Positions 39,976 to 53,648 are shown, numbered from the stretch's first letter. The stretch is 64,000 bases of DNA from Octopus vulgaris (GCA_951406725.2 OX597818.1:140926001-140990000); one strand, 5' to 3'. Translations and numbers: made by a program. The notes: generated by a model from the sequence alone, not told the origin.

Positions 39976-40316
39976 ATATATATATATATATACATACATA
40001 TAGCAATGCTGATGCCGACTAGCACCCTCTGTCACTTTAGTAACGTCTATACTTGTTGCCTTTCGGTTGTAAATTATGAATAGCCACCTTAATACTTTAT
40101 AATTCCTAGTTCACAATTTTCGGAATCAGTCAATATTTTTTATGGCGTTTTCTATAAGACGATGGAGTAATGGCTCCCTGGTGAAAATTACTCAAATCTG
40201 AAATCAACTCTGACTCCATCTCGCTTGCCATAGTGAGGAAACTTGTCGTTAGAAAATGCTTGACTCATATTTCTAGCAACGCTTTTGCTGACTAGCACCC
40301 TTCGGCGCTTTGGTGG

Positions 40317-40357
<41 letters not shown>

Positions 40358-40864
40358 CCACAAGTACTGAAACAAATTGTATAATTCAATACACACACCG
40401 TACGAATACACTGGCCTGTATATTTACAGCTACGTACTTATATATCCTTAAAGCAACAAGTATATATATATTTGCACATTGTCTTTTTATATATTTCATT
40501 TTGTGATCACATTCATTCACTGTAGTATGCGAGCAAATAAGAGTATTGTCTTATGAGTCTCCCTCACATTTGACGTTTATTGCATCAGCAAAACTTTTTA
40601 ACGATCTAATTAATTGCTGTTAAGTGAAAACAATATGAGTGACTAAATTTGAATTTCATATCAGTATATCTCCCTTGTTGTTATTTAAAGTGCAGCCAAG
40701 CGTTTGTTTTTCAACGGAACGTGCTCATATTTTTGCAAGGTAGAACACCATCGCCACTCTCCATTATAAATGAATATATCTGGAAAATATATCATATATC
40801 CGTATGCATATATGTATGTGTATAACGTCCATCTATCACTTCTCTTTCTTTCTCGCTCTCTCTT

Positions 40865-40895
<31 letters not shown>

Positions 40896-41071
40896 TACAC
40901 TCATAGGCACACACTTAATCACTCGAAAACTCATACACACAAATGAAAGAGCAAGCTCTATACATACATTTATACACAAAAAACTCAATCTTAGTCATAT
41001 AACAACAAACACATTCACCTACAGGAAAAACGTATCGTTATGTGGTTACTTAAAATTGCAAAGGTTGTAGA

Positions 41072-41418
41072 CCCACTTTGGTTATGAATGACCAAGAGAT
41101 TGCACTCCGAGGCGCAAGTACGGACAAGTTTGTTTCTAGAAGACCAGTAGACACTCGTGCATGTCAGCCTTCCCTCTTCCCGCCACCGATCTTATCCATG
41201 GGAAAGGCAAAGGCTGATACAGTTTAGCACCAGTGACGTTGCTACTCATTTCTACAGCTGAGTCAACTGGAGCAATATGAAGAACAGTGTCTTGCTCAAG
41301 AACAGGACACATAACCCGGTCCGGGAATCCAACTCACTACTCCATGATTGTGATCCTGACGCTCTATCCACTGACCCCTGTACCTTCACGTTCTAAGCAC
41401 TAGGTCATGCACCTTCAT
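41072..41418 (-). mobile_element. SINE family G
   Basis: Homologous to 10995-11277. Confidence 0.75.
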
Positions 41419-41509
41419 ATGGTCACTTACACTTCTACAAATAACAGAGAAATTCCCCACAAATTGTTGCCTCGAATCCTTAAAACGTAACTGATTATAA
41501 AATAGGTGG

Positions 41510-42101
41510 GATATATAGAGAATACCAAACGAGTTTCCTATGGATACCGTATTTATTACAACGAGTGGCTTGTAAACGTATCTAACGAGCGAAAGCGAGT
41601 TAGATACGTTTACAAGCCACGTGTTGTAATAAATACGGTATCCATAGGGAATGAGTTTGGTATTTTATTTATTACACACGAATAAACGACCATATTTTAT
41701 TAACCCAATAACTAAATTCTTCACACCGTGTTGAAGCGCGCATGAATACAGCTTGATTTCACGTCAGTGACGTCACAATGTGTAACTGTAAAAGATGTCA
41801 TGCCGCAGGAAGATAGTCCGACTTTATAGCGCTATAGGTGAAATGACTGATAACTGATTTTAAGTGATATCTGGTATAAAAAAGATAGTATGTTTGTTTA
41901 ATTACATGGCTACATTCTACCTGCTCTTGAAAGTAATAAATGAAGTTTAGTTGTAACTTATGAATGACAAAAGTAGTGCCGTCACCGTGACCTCGGGTCA
42001 TCACCATGGATTGACCAATCAGAAGCAGCGCTCGCAGTATCTGACATATGTTAGATACTAAAAATATCTCAAAGTGTTCTCACTCACATGTGTGTAATAA
42101 A
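41510..42101. mobile_element. Long-hairpin non-autonomous element (possibly Crypton-type)
   Basis: 66-bp-arm palindrome at 41521-41664 with loop GAGCGAAAGCGA. TTTATTACACAC (41668) is mirrored by GTGTGTAATAAA at ~42090-42101. Family assignment is an inference. Confidence 0.5.
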
Positions 42102-42659
42102 GTCTTGAAACAAAAGCCTACATGATTGAAACCATTTCATATTTGTGAGTTCCTCAGTTACACATTTTGAGGGCCTTAGAAGTACCCAAGTTTTTGTAAG
42201 CATATAAACACTACAGATAACTTATTTCTCTCCACAACAGCTTTACTAAGATCTGGAAAAGATCTTGGAAGGTGTTTTTACTTCATTGTCGAAGTTATGT
42301 AATGCAGTATGCATATAAAAACACATACTCCGATAATAATATCGATTATTAGCCATAAACCTAAAAGACAGAAAAATATCTCGATACATTTGTAATTTTC
42401 AACAAATACATATGGGTGTGGGTGTGTGTGTAAATATATATATATATATATACACGCCTATCTGTAGCAGAGGCAATATGAACTCATCCGGTTAATGTCA
42501 TAAAGCAAAGCGCCATTCAGAAACAACTGCATAAACCACAGTATTTCGGTATTGTTCGGCTATTTGAAACATTAGATTATTACATTTGCATTCAACACTA
42601 AATAATTTCCTATTCAACTGATTACATTCAATAGCATTTCATTCTTGGACAAGTGTGGG

Positions 42660-42690
<31 letters not shown>

Positions 42691-43239
42691 GTATGTATTA
42701 ATGTATATATATATATATATATGTGTGTCTGTGTGTTTTTGTGTGTATATGTATATGTATGTATGTATATGTATATATATATATTTATATATATATATAT
42801 ACACATGTATGTATGCATCTAGGTAGATAAATACGTACGTACGTACGTATGTATGCATGTTTACATGCATGAAACTAATAAAATAGATATTTCTGACAAG
42901 AAAATAGTTATAGAATTTAGCTAACAAAGTTTGTACAATTTTATTGCCTTCATAAAATGTGAATGAATGGAAGCCCTCAAAAACTACTGCCGAGATAGGG
43001 CTAGGAAATCATTTGATATATGTGTGTGTATATATATATATACATATATATATATACATATATATATATACATATATATATATATGTGTGTGTGTGTGTA
43101 TGTGTAAATGTATATATATATATAAGATTAATATAATTTTAATGTAAATATCGTATAATATTAAAAGATATCTTTTCATATTTTATTATTATTAATTTTA
43201 TGTTATATGCAATATAAGCGTAATATATTTCATATGCAC

Positions 43240-43275
<36 letters not shown>

Positions 43276-43332
43276 TACATACATATATACATACATACAT
43301 ATAAATACACACACAAATATATATGTATATAC

Positions 43333-43444
<112 letters not shown>

Positions 43445-43467
43445 CTAAAGCCAGCTAGAGACGAAGA

Positions 43468-43517
<50 letters not shown>

Positions 43518-45283
43518 TGCATGTATGTATATATGTATAATTTTGAGTCTTCAATTCAATAACATTTGTTTTAAGGTGGCATAAAATAAGGGATAACCAA
43601 ACTGCGTACTGTACACACATGCATTCATAATTGTACATGCAGACATGTTTTCGTACATGCACATGCGCGTCTGTGTGAAAGAGAGCTTGTTAAATATATA
43701 TACACACATAAGTACATTTACGTAGAAATATGTATCTATTTATGCGCATCTTGTGTGTATGTGTGTGTGTTTGTTTGTTTGTGTGTATGTGTGTGTGTTT
43801 GTTTGTTTGTGTGCGTGCTCGTGTGTTTGTGCGTACGCGTTTCTGTGTGTCCATACATATAAACATATAACTTATAAGCCACTATAACATGATTCCATAT
43901 CTTTTCTCATTGAATTCTAAATTTTAAATATAAATATGGACATTTTTATTTTTAAGAAGGAAGAAAAGTCTAAATCTAGTTAATTTTACTTTCTTTCTTT
44001 AAAATAAAAAAAAAAAATTGCGACACTATAGATTTTTCTGAAATTATTATGAAATAATTTTGTATGTTAAGGATAATATCATATGTAATAACTAGTTTTT
44101 TGTCTCGAAGGCAGGGGTTTGTGTATTAAATTATATATATATACATCAGAAAATTGATATAGATATAAATCTTTAAACAGATAATTGAGTTTTGCCTTTT
44201 GTTCGTATACATATTTTTCTTGTTTTTCTTTGTTGTTGGGATTTGGATTTCTAGATTTTTAAGCTATTTTCGATTGAATTTTAAATTATAATGTTATGTA
44301 CATACAGCTGATGAGTCCAAAAAATATTGAAACATTGTGTAAAACAGCCATTGAAACTTCATCAGATGTAAGTTCTATTAAAATGTTAAAATATTTGTTG
44401 ATTTTCATGTGTGACGTGAAGCAGAAGGGATTGCGAATTTGAGTTTTTTTTAATATATGGTCGAGTGAAGTGTACATGATTATGATGATCATGATGATGA
44501 AACAGAGCAGGAGGGGGAAGGGAACGATTTCGAAATGAATTATGATATTGATAATCAGAATGATGATCACGATGATCAATCACAATGATCAATCGCGATG
44601 ATCTTGACAATAGTTTGACAGCACTAAACAGCAAAGTTATAAAGCTTAATGAACCTAACAGATGCAATTTCAGGAATTTGCAACGTCAGAAATTGAATTG
44701 CGGTCGTAAAAACTTGACCAAAAATTATATAGAAATATTAAGCAAAATACCTAATGAGAATAATAAAATTAAATAATGGAGGTGTTTAATCCTAAAGTTT
44801 TTATCACATTTGACCACCTAACGCATATATCCATCTTACGTTGTTCTTTTTAGCATTTCTCCAGGAGTATTTATGAGTACTCATGGAAAACTGTGCCTAT
44901 GACACGTCCTCCGAGAAAGGTATCCTTCAGTTTGATACCAAAGAGCAGATTCCATTAAAGGCAACCAAGATCCGAGCCAGGTTATAATATTCAGCCGGAC
45001 GACGAATTAGGTCTACTAACCTAATAGGATATTAGGTTTACTGACCCAACAAGATATGAAATCAGAGCTCCGAGTGTCAGGGAAAATATCGAAGCGCGTC
45101 CTACCAGACATTCAACTCATTCTGGCAAATGACAGCTCATTGAGAACTTATATGAAAGCTGTCTTACTCATTTTATTCAATTTACAGTTATTTTTGTATG
45201 CAATAGTTGAATTTTAATGTTCCACGCCAGAAATTACATAACAGCGGCGTATTATAGTGATGTCATAACAGTGTGAAAATGTA

Positions 45284-45677
45284 TGGAAGCACTCCGTCGG
45301 TTACGACGACGAGGGTTCCGGTTGATCCGAATCAACGGAACAGCCTGCTCGTGAAATTAACGTGTAAGTGGCTGAGCACTCCACAGACACGTGTACCCTT
45401 AACGTAGTTCTCGGGGATATTCAGCGTGACACAGAGTGTGACACAGAGTGACAAGGCCGGCCCTTTGAAATACAGGTACAACAGAAACAGGAAGTAAGAG
45501 TGAGAGAAAGATGTGGTGAAAGAGTTCAGCAGGGATCACCACCATCCCCTGCCGGAGCCTCGTGGAGCTTTAGGTGTTTTCGCTCAATAAACACTCACAA
45601 CGCCCGGTCTGGGAATCGAAACCGCGATCCTACGACCGCGAGTCCGCTGCCCTAACCACTGGGCCATTGCGACTCCG
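45284..45677 (-). mobile_element. SINE family A, full length
   Basis: Reverse complement of 999-1384, with an internal 12-bp duplication GTGACACAGAGT. Confidence 0.9.
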
Positions 45678-46116
45678 CTCATATGCTATAGAATGGTTAA
45701 GATTGGTTATTTCCATCTCTACTTACGGGACAAGTTTGGACAAAAAATAGATTAGGAATAGAAAGTATTTCGTAGAATATCTAGGCTACCAGACAGCAAA
45801 GTACATATGTGTACAATTACTTACCGAACAAAAAGAAGAAAAATTAATAAAGCATCAAAAACATATGGGGATGAAATTAAAGAATTTCTCATACGGCACA
45901 TTTGTTTTCATGTAGTTAACTGGTGTCATCATAACGCCCATTACAATCCCCAGACAATTCCACAAAGTTTACGGTTTCGACAATAGGAAATGTCTGCTAT
46001 TTATTTTTTTCAATGAAAGAAAATTAAGTGTCAAAGGAAGAACAAAACAATTTAAATAATGGTTAACGGCAGCATTTTTGAAATCTTTTGTTATGTATAT
46101 TTGATACAGTAGCATA

Positions 46117-46152
<36 letters not shown>

Positions 46153-46821
46153 CGTGTCCTCTCGTACATATATACACAATAAAGTATAAAATCATACATA
46201 TATTATATATATATATATATACATATACACACACACAAACAAAGCAATTAAGTATACACACACAGTGCGTAAGTCATATATATTCACACACATATACATA
46301 CATGCATGCATGCATGCCCATACACATACGTACGTATTTAGATATATACGTGCCTATGTTTGCTTATGGGTGTGTATGTGTTTTTGTTTGTATCTATATC
46401 AAGTTATTCATATTAATATCACATTTAACCTACTCAAATTCGCTGATGTAGATTTAATAGAATACCAAGATACTGCACTCCGCTTGCATCACTCTCAGAC
46501 AGGCAAGGCACCACATCGCAACAAATACTGGAATGCAACAAATGCCAGCCGGATAAAAAAGACCATTTTATTAACCCACTGATAGAATGTAAATGTAATA
46601 CTCTAGAAAAATAATATTGAAAAGAAAATAGAAACAAACAAAAAGAAAACAATTTTAAATACTTTTAAAACCGTCTCATATATAAAATGGGCCTTTTGTT
46701 GTTTCATTGCCATTTTTTTTTCAGTTTCGAGAAATAATGAACAAAATATATTTTAAGTTATGCAGGAGGAAAACGCTAAATGTAAGACACACATAAACAC
46801 AGCCGCTTTATATGTGTATAC

Positions 46822-47009
46822 ATGTGTGGCTGAGTGATAAGAAGCTTGCTTCCCAACCACATGGTTCTGGGTTCAGTCATACGGCGTGGCACCTTGAACG
46901 AGTGTCTTCTACTATAGCCTCGGGCCGACCAAAGCCTTGTGAGTGGATTCGGTAAATTGAAATAATTCCGTCGTGTATATATGTGTGTGTGTATGTGTAT
47001 GAATGTGTA

Positions 47010-47090
<81 letters not shown>

Positions 47091-47275
47091 TGTTTGTCGC
47101 TACACCGTCGCTTGACAACCGATGTGTGTGTATATATATCCCCGTAAATTAGCGGTTCAGCTGAAGAGAATGATAGAATAATTACTGGGCTTACAAAGAA
47201 TAATTCCTGGGGCTGAATTGTTCGACTAAACACGGTGCTCCAGCATAGCCGCAGATTAAAGAGTGACATAGTAGA
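46822..47275 (+). mobile_element. SINE family B (duplicated copy 1)
   Basis: Head GTGTGGCTGAGTGATAAG...GGGTTCAGTC, internal (TG)n, B tail. Confidence 0.85.
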
Positions 47276-47974
47276 CATGTGTGTGTATGTGTGTGTGTGT
47301 GTGTGTCTGTGTGTGTGTCTGTGTGTGCGTCTGTGTGTGTGCGTGCGTGTCCACTCGTACATATATACACAATAAAGTATAAAATCATACATATATTATA
47401 TATATATATATACATATACAGAAAGAAACAGAGAGAGAGAGAAAATAATGTGTAGTGGCCAGCGATCTACACTCTTAATTATATATGCATAGATTTATGT
47501 ACACGCACACGCGCACGAGTTTAGATATATACGTGTCTATGTTTGTATGTGGGTGTGTATGTGTTTTTGTTTGTATGTATATCAAGTTATTCATATTAAT
47601 ATCACATTTAACCTACTCAAATTCGCTGATGTAGATTTAATAGAATCACAAGCCAGCCAAATTTAGAAATATCTTCATATGTCTCGCTCTTGTTGCAGAG
47701 CAATATGCAATATAAAGACCATTTTATTAACCCACTGATAGAATGTAAATGTAATACTCTAGAAAAATAATATTGAAAAGAAAATAGAAACAAACAAAAA
47801 GAAAATTTTAAATACTTTTAAAACCGTCTCATATAGAAAATGGGCCTTTTGTTGTTTCATTGCCATTTTTTTTTCAGTTTCGAGAAATAATGAACAAAAT
47901 ATATTTTAAGTTATGCAGGAGGAAAACGCTAAATGTAAGACACACATAAACACAGCCGCTTTATATGTGTATAC

Positions 47975-48160
47975 ATGTGTGGCTGAGTGATAAGAAGCTT
48001 GCTTCCCAACCACATGGTTCTGGGTTCAGTCATACGGCGTGTCACCTTGAACGAGTGTCCTCTACTATAGCCTCGGGCCGACCAAAGCCTTGTGAGTGGA
48101 TTCGGTAAATTGAAATAATTCCGTCGTGTATATATGTGTGTGTGTATGTGTATGTGTGTA

Positions 48161-48237
<77 letters not shown>

Positions 48238-48422
48238 GTTGTTTGTCGCTACACCGTCGCTTGAAAACCGATGTGTGTGTATATATATCCCCGTAAATTA
48301 GCGGTTCAGCTGAAGAGAATGATAGAATAATTACTGGGCTTACAAGGAATAATTCCTGGGGCTGAATTGTTCGACTAAAGACGGTGCTCCAGCATAGCCG
48401 CAGTCTAAAGAGTGACATAGTA
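47975..48422 (+). mobile_element. SINE family B (duplicated copy 2)
   Basis: Shares private variants with 46822-47275. Confidence 0.85.
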
Positions 48423-48512
48423 GACATGTGTGTGTATGTGTGTGTGTGTGTGTGTCTGTGTGTGTGTCTGTGTGTGCGTCTGTGTGTGTGTAGGCGCAGG
48501 CGAGGCTGTGTA

Positions 48513-48627
48513 TTTAACGCTCGGGAAGTGAAAAAGTCTTTAACGTTTCCAGCCTACGCTCTGCGACATAAAGGAATACAGAAAGAAGCAGAGAGAGAAA
48601 ATAATGTGTAGTGGCCAGCGATCTATA
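48513..48627 (-). mobile_element. Family E pseudo-LTR fragment with decayed HHR-like motif
   Basis: TAACGCTCGGGAAGTGAAAAAG...TGTGTAGTGGCCAGCGATCTAT matches 104-219. Confidence 0.7.
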
Positions 48628-48819
48628 CTCTTAATTATATATGCATAGATTTAAGTACACGCACACGCGCACGAGTATGCACCAATGCGCTCGTAATTTT
48701 CTATTTAGGTGTATTGTATACTTATACATTATTTCATAGAACTGCACAAAACCGCATAGCCTCACAATCACAGACACAATCCAACACACACATATGCACA
48801 CATACACACGTATATTTAA

Positions 48820-49075
48820 TAAGTTATTGGAGACGGAAGCAGTACTAGTACTGAATGGTAATTTATACTTCGAACTTAGTAATGGACGTAGTCTGCCGAC
48901 GCCATCAATCTCTGATTTTGAGAAAATATCTCATTTTCGGTGCAAAAAAAAGCAAAAATATCAGCAACAGTCGAATATTGTCCACAACGCCAGTAGAAGA
49001 GCTGGATCACATGATTTCTGCGTGTTGCACATGCTGGCAAAGGTATATACTATCACCTAAATTTCATCGCTGTTG
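48820..49075 (+). pseudogene. R4/Dong-like (RLE) non-LTR retrotransposon remnant
   Basis: LLETEAVLV...GRSLPT... and EELDHMISAC..LAK resemble the ETE...QDQ.LPT and E.IDHI.SGC..LAK zinc-finger region. Confidence 0.45.
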
Positions 49076-49172
49076 ATACAGAAAAAAGAGTGTTTAATTA
49101 ATCACTGGTGCTGCAAATAGCTGGTACGATGTATATACGCCTTCACGTGTATATATATATATACGCCTTCAC

Positions 49173-49252
<80 letters not shown>

Positions 49253-49267
49253 CTATATATATATATT

Positions 49268-49367
<100 letters not shown>

Positions 49368-49368
49368 T

Positions 49369-49402
<34 letters not shown>

Positions 49403-49901
49403 ATATGTAACTCCAAGAAAGTTAGAGGCTGTGAATCCAATCCACTAAGGAACAATATCTATCCAATATACTGCTGGTAGAATACCCATTTATTAATACA
49501 CAAGTGTTTTTATTGCATTGCAATTACGTTACCTAGTGTACTAAATGGATGAAGGTAAAGTGATATTTTACCTTTAATTTGTAGAATGAGGTATTTTATC
49601 TATTGTCTGAAACAGCTGTAAGTTATTTTCCCAATATATTTTCATGTTTGTTATTTTATAATAATTACTGGTATCCTTATATATTACTATATTTTATACA
49701 TTATATGGAAAGCATAATATGTTATATGTTATATGTTATATGTATGAAAATTATTGTAACTATCAGTTTAGTAAATAAATAAAGAAATTAACATAATATA
49801 ATGTCTAAAACTTGAAACACCTACCGATCCCATCCATTTTCTTATTGCTATATATATATATATATACTCATATATACATGCAGTATATATATATATACAT
49901 G

Positions 49902-49949
<48 letters not shown>

Positions 49950-49968
49950 TCATATATACATGCAGTTT

Positions 49969-50014
<46 letters not shown>

Positions 50015-50515
50015 GTGGTACAACAAAGCACTGAGCTTTACTGGAAATAACAGTCGATACATTTACGACGCTATAGTAAAGCTTCATTTACAAACAGAAT
50101 GCTAACTCATAAATACACTAAAATTTGCTCACATCCTACGATCTATGATTTAAAAAATGACAAATTTATTCCATAGTAAAAGTCTTAAACATACCTACAT
50201 GCGTGCGCCTTTGATATATATTTCGTAGAAACCAAATACACATTTGCTGTTTTTCGAATCTGAGTTGTTTTTTTAAAACTAGTTTTGAAACGAAGTATAT
50301 AGATTATTCTGTACAATATAAAATTTTGTGGACTAATAAATTGACTATGAAGTCTCAGTAGACACAGACATTATACACTACTTTAACTTAGTACATCTGA
50401 ACACTTCAACTCCCCTTCTCTCTATCTCTCTTTCTCTTTTTACGTAAACCCCTCCACAGATACATACATGCATGTGTGTCAATCTATATATATACGTGTT
50501 TGTACGCGTACACAC

Positions 50516-50579
<64 letters not shown>

Positions 50580-50582
<3 letters not shown>

Positions 50583-50750
50583 CGACGATCTTCCACACGT
50601 TTACCCCAGTAGCAAATTCATTCACAAAGCGTTAGTCAGTCCGGAGTTTTAGTAGGAAACTCGTGCCTATGGTGCTGCGCAATGGAACTGAACCTGAAAC
50701 CAAGTGGTTCCATAGTAAAAGTCTTAAACATACCTACATGCGTGCGCCTT
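50580..50750 (-). mobile_element. Degenerate SINE family B head half
   Basis: CAAATTCATTCACAAAGCGTTAGTC...GGAACTGAACCTGAAACCAAGTGGTT. Confidence 0.55.
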
Positions 50751-53332
50751 TGATATATATATATATGATAAACTATATAAATGTTGGGTCAGTTCCTTCA
50801 TTCTGTTTTCAGAATTTAGAGAGTGAGTGTGTATACAGTGTGTAAAAGAGAGATAGAGATATATGTAACATAATAGGGCATGGCAGCAGGCAATGTGCAA
50901 AGGAGCGCAATACGGCGTGAGAGAAAATATATCGTAGAATAGGGAAGAGGAAAGACCAGAGAAGTTATGGGAAGAGTTAAATAAATGAGACTTTTATTTG
51001 ATTTGATTTTTCTTCAAGGTAAAAATTGTATTTCTTGAAAATTAGTAATCATTTCACCATTCTTCGTAAGTACCGAAACATATGGTAATTGTTAAATTGT
51101 AATTATTGTGTATATAATATATAAACCATACTTCCTGATAATAACCAAGAGGGTAAATTTATACTTCCAAAGTCAGCAGCAACTAATAATACAAGTTAAA
51201 TAACAAATTACTTTTGTCATATAACCTTTGTTATAATTAAGAAATATATAGTACTTTATCGTTATTAATTTTTATAATATATTTTGTTCTTCTCTTCATA
51301 CTTATATGCAATATGACACTCTTGAATTGGAATAGGCAATGATAATCATACTTGATTTACTTTTATCAACTATACAGTAAAATGATGCGGATTACGATGG
51401 TTGTGTCTTAATGTGTCAATATTTAAACAATGTAAACCATATACCGTCTAATATCATCATGGAAATGTTTTTATTTGAGAAGGTCAGGCTTATATAATTA
51501 ACATTTCGTTTTAGCTTCTTCATTTCTAAGACTTCTAATAAATTTCTATTTATTTGAAATAAATAATTTAGGCTTTAAATCAGCATTTTACTTATGATTG
51601 ATCGATTGCAGATGATTGTCTACCACTGAAGAAATGGAATATGAATGTCTATTAAAGAAAGGACTCTCATTCACAATTTATATCCGATCAATTGGAATGG
51701 AGAGAAAAAAGGGGAGAGAGATAAAAAGAAGAGCAAAAGGGAAGACAGAAGAGGTGAAAGATGGATTAAGAGTAGAGGCTGTGAGATATAATAAACTTTT
51801 GTTTCACAAGCATTCATTATATTTAGTTCAGGATTAAGATCAAAGAAACCATCCATGACGCGTAGAGCATTATCTCTTCTATTACCACTTTTGTTTAATC
51901 TCTAGTTATCTTTTATAGAATAGCTATATGATCAAAATAATTTAATCGATGGTTAATCCTGACATGGTTGTCAACAACACTGTTCCTCCAACTCCACTAC
52001 CCAATATATATCTTCCGTTTTTTGACAACATGAGGTGCTTGAGCGAGATTTGAGGGTCAGTTTTGTTAGATCAATCGATCATATAAAGGTCTTATTTGAT
52101 TTTCTAGCTACAGTTGTTGATTCCTTAACCCAGGGAGAGACTATAATTAACCTGCTGTACCAGTAACTATGCCTTGTTATCTTTACTTGGTTACAGAGAC
52201 TGAGCTCATAAACTGAATCCAGAAATTAACCCCAGAATCTCAACCTGTTAACTTGTGATCAATGGTCAAATACTGTAACCACTAAGCGACACACCTTCAA
52301 AAGCACTCCACTTATTTTAGTAAATATTGTTTTCATTTGATAGCTTGATTTATAGAGTGTATTTAGAATCATAGTACATGTGATTCGGTGTGGTAACCAA
52401 TAACGAGATCAATACATTTTGAAAATTATTGTTTTCCAGTATCGATTTGTGTCAAATATATTTTCACAAAACTCAAGAGTCAACAGTATTTTTTTACAAT
52501 ATGAATATTTAGAAATTGAAAGTATTAAATAAATATTTTTTATATTTTAACTATAGAGGGAATTTGTTTGAAAATTTGCACGTACTTCATAGTTAAACAG
52601 ACGCCAACATTTTTTGGCATTCCATAACATATATCGAGAAATATCGGTTTAAGAAACAGTAAATTTGATTTAACCGAATAAATTTTTTTTCGACATTTCA
52701 CAATACAAACTGTACAAATTACTCACTTTTATCAATTTTAGTAATATTTATACAATGGCAAGGTGATAGAGGAATTAAAAGTACACCTGAAGTTTTATAA
52801 CAACATTGTCTCGTTAAAACAGGTGAGCTGCTTCGGTTCTAAATATTGAGTAAGCTGTTTAATATTAACTAGCTAGTTGTAGCTAATACCAACAATGTCT
52901 CTGCCACATGGCAATGCATTAGCTACAACATGCAAATAGTATTGCAAGCAGGAGTAATTCATTGAATTTTGTGCTTAAAGAATATAAAATTCAAACCACA
53001 TTTTAATTTTTGATTTTTTGATCTTCAAGGTTTCAAAAAATATTAGTAGTGTTCTCTATGACAAATGAATCGATATTCTATAAAACGATAGCTGATAATT
53101 TCTTTTATGAAACTAATAAAATTTCCTCCAATTCTTAATGTGGTGAATCAGGTTTATCATAATACTATCTAAATGTCTCTGTACCCACTCTATCTATATA
53201 TCTATCTGTCTATCTATCAATGTATCTCTCTCTTCCTCTTCCCCCCCTCTCTCTCTCTACTCTCTCTCTCTCTCTCTCTCTGTATATATCTATACCTATA
53301 TGTACATATCAGTATATATATATATATATATA

Positions 53333-53648
53333 TTCGTTTTTGGATTTGGTTTGCAAGATTCTTTATATGAGTTCGTGTGTTGAAGCATATTCTGTTGTGT
53401 CTGGGGAGAGCCATATTCTTTTTGTGCCTTACAATGTAACACACTCACCGGTAAAATTTCCACTTATTTCATATTTTTATTCTCCCAAAATTTTCGTTGC
53501 GTCTTGCAAAATTTTCAATGACTATTGTAAAGGTTGCAAGACGCAACGAAAATTTTAGGAGAATAAAAATAAGAAATGTGGAAATTTTACCGGTGAGTGT
53601 ATTACATTATAAGGCACAAAAAAAAAATGACTCTCCCCAGACACATCA

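Larger units (their letters stand above)
46115..48680. repeat. Local ~1.2-kb mosaic tandem duplication including a SINE B copy
   Basis: 46337-47340 matches 47520-48490. 46150-46230 matches 47340-47420. 47420-47520 matches 48578-48677. Confidence 0.9.

Noticed and set aside
44305-44345. CTGATGAGTCC...TTGAAAC hammerhead candidate
   Set aside because: Stem II and stem III do not pair.
46443-46582. C/D snoRNA-like boxes (TGATGT...CTGA) around the variable cassette
   Set aside because: The C box is imperfect, there is no terminal stem, and I recognise no rRNA-complementary guide.
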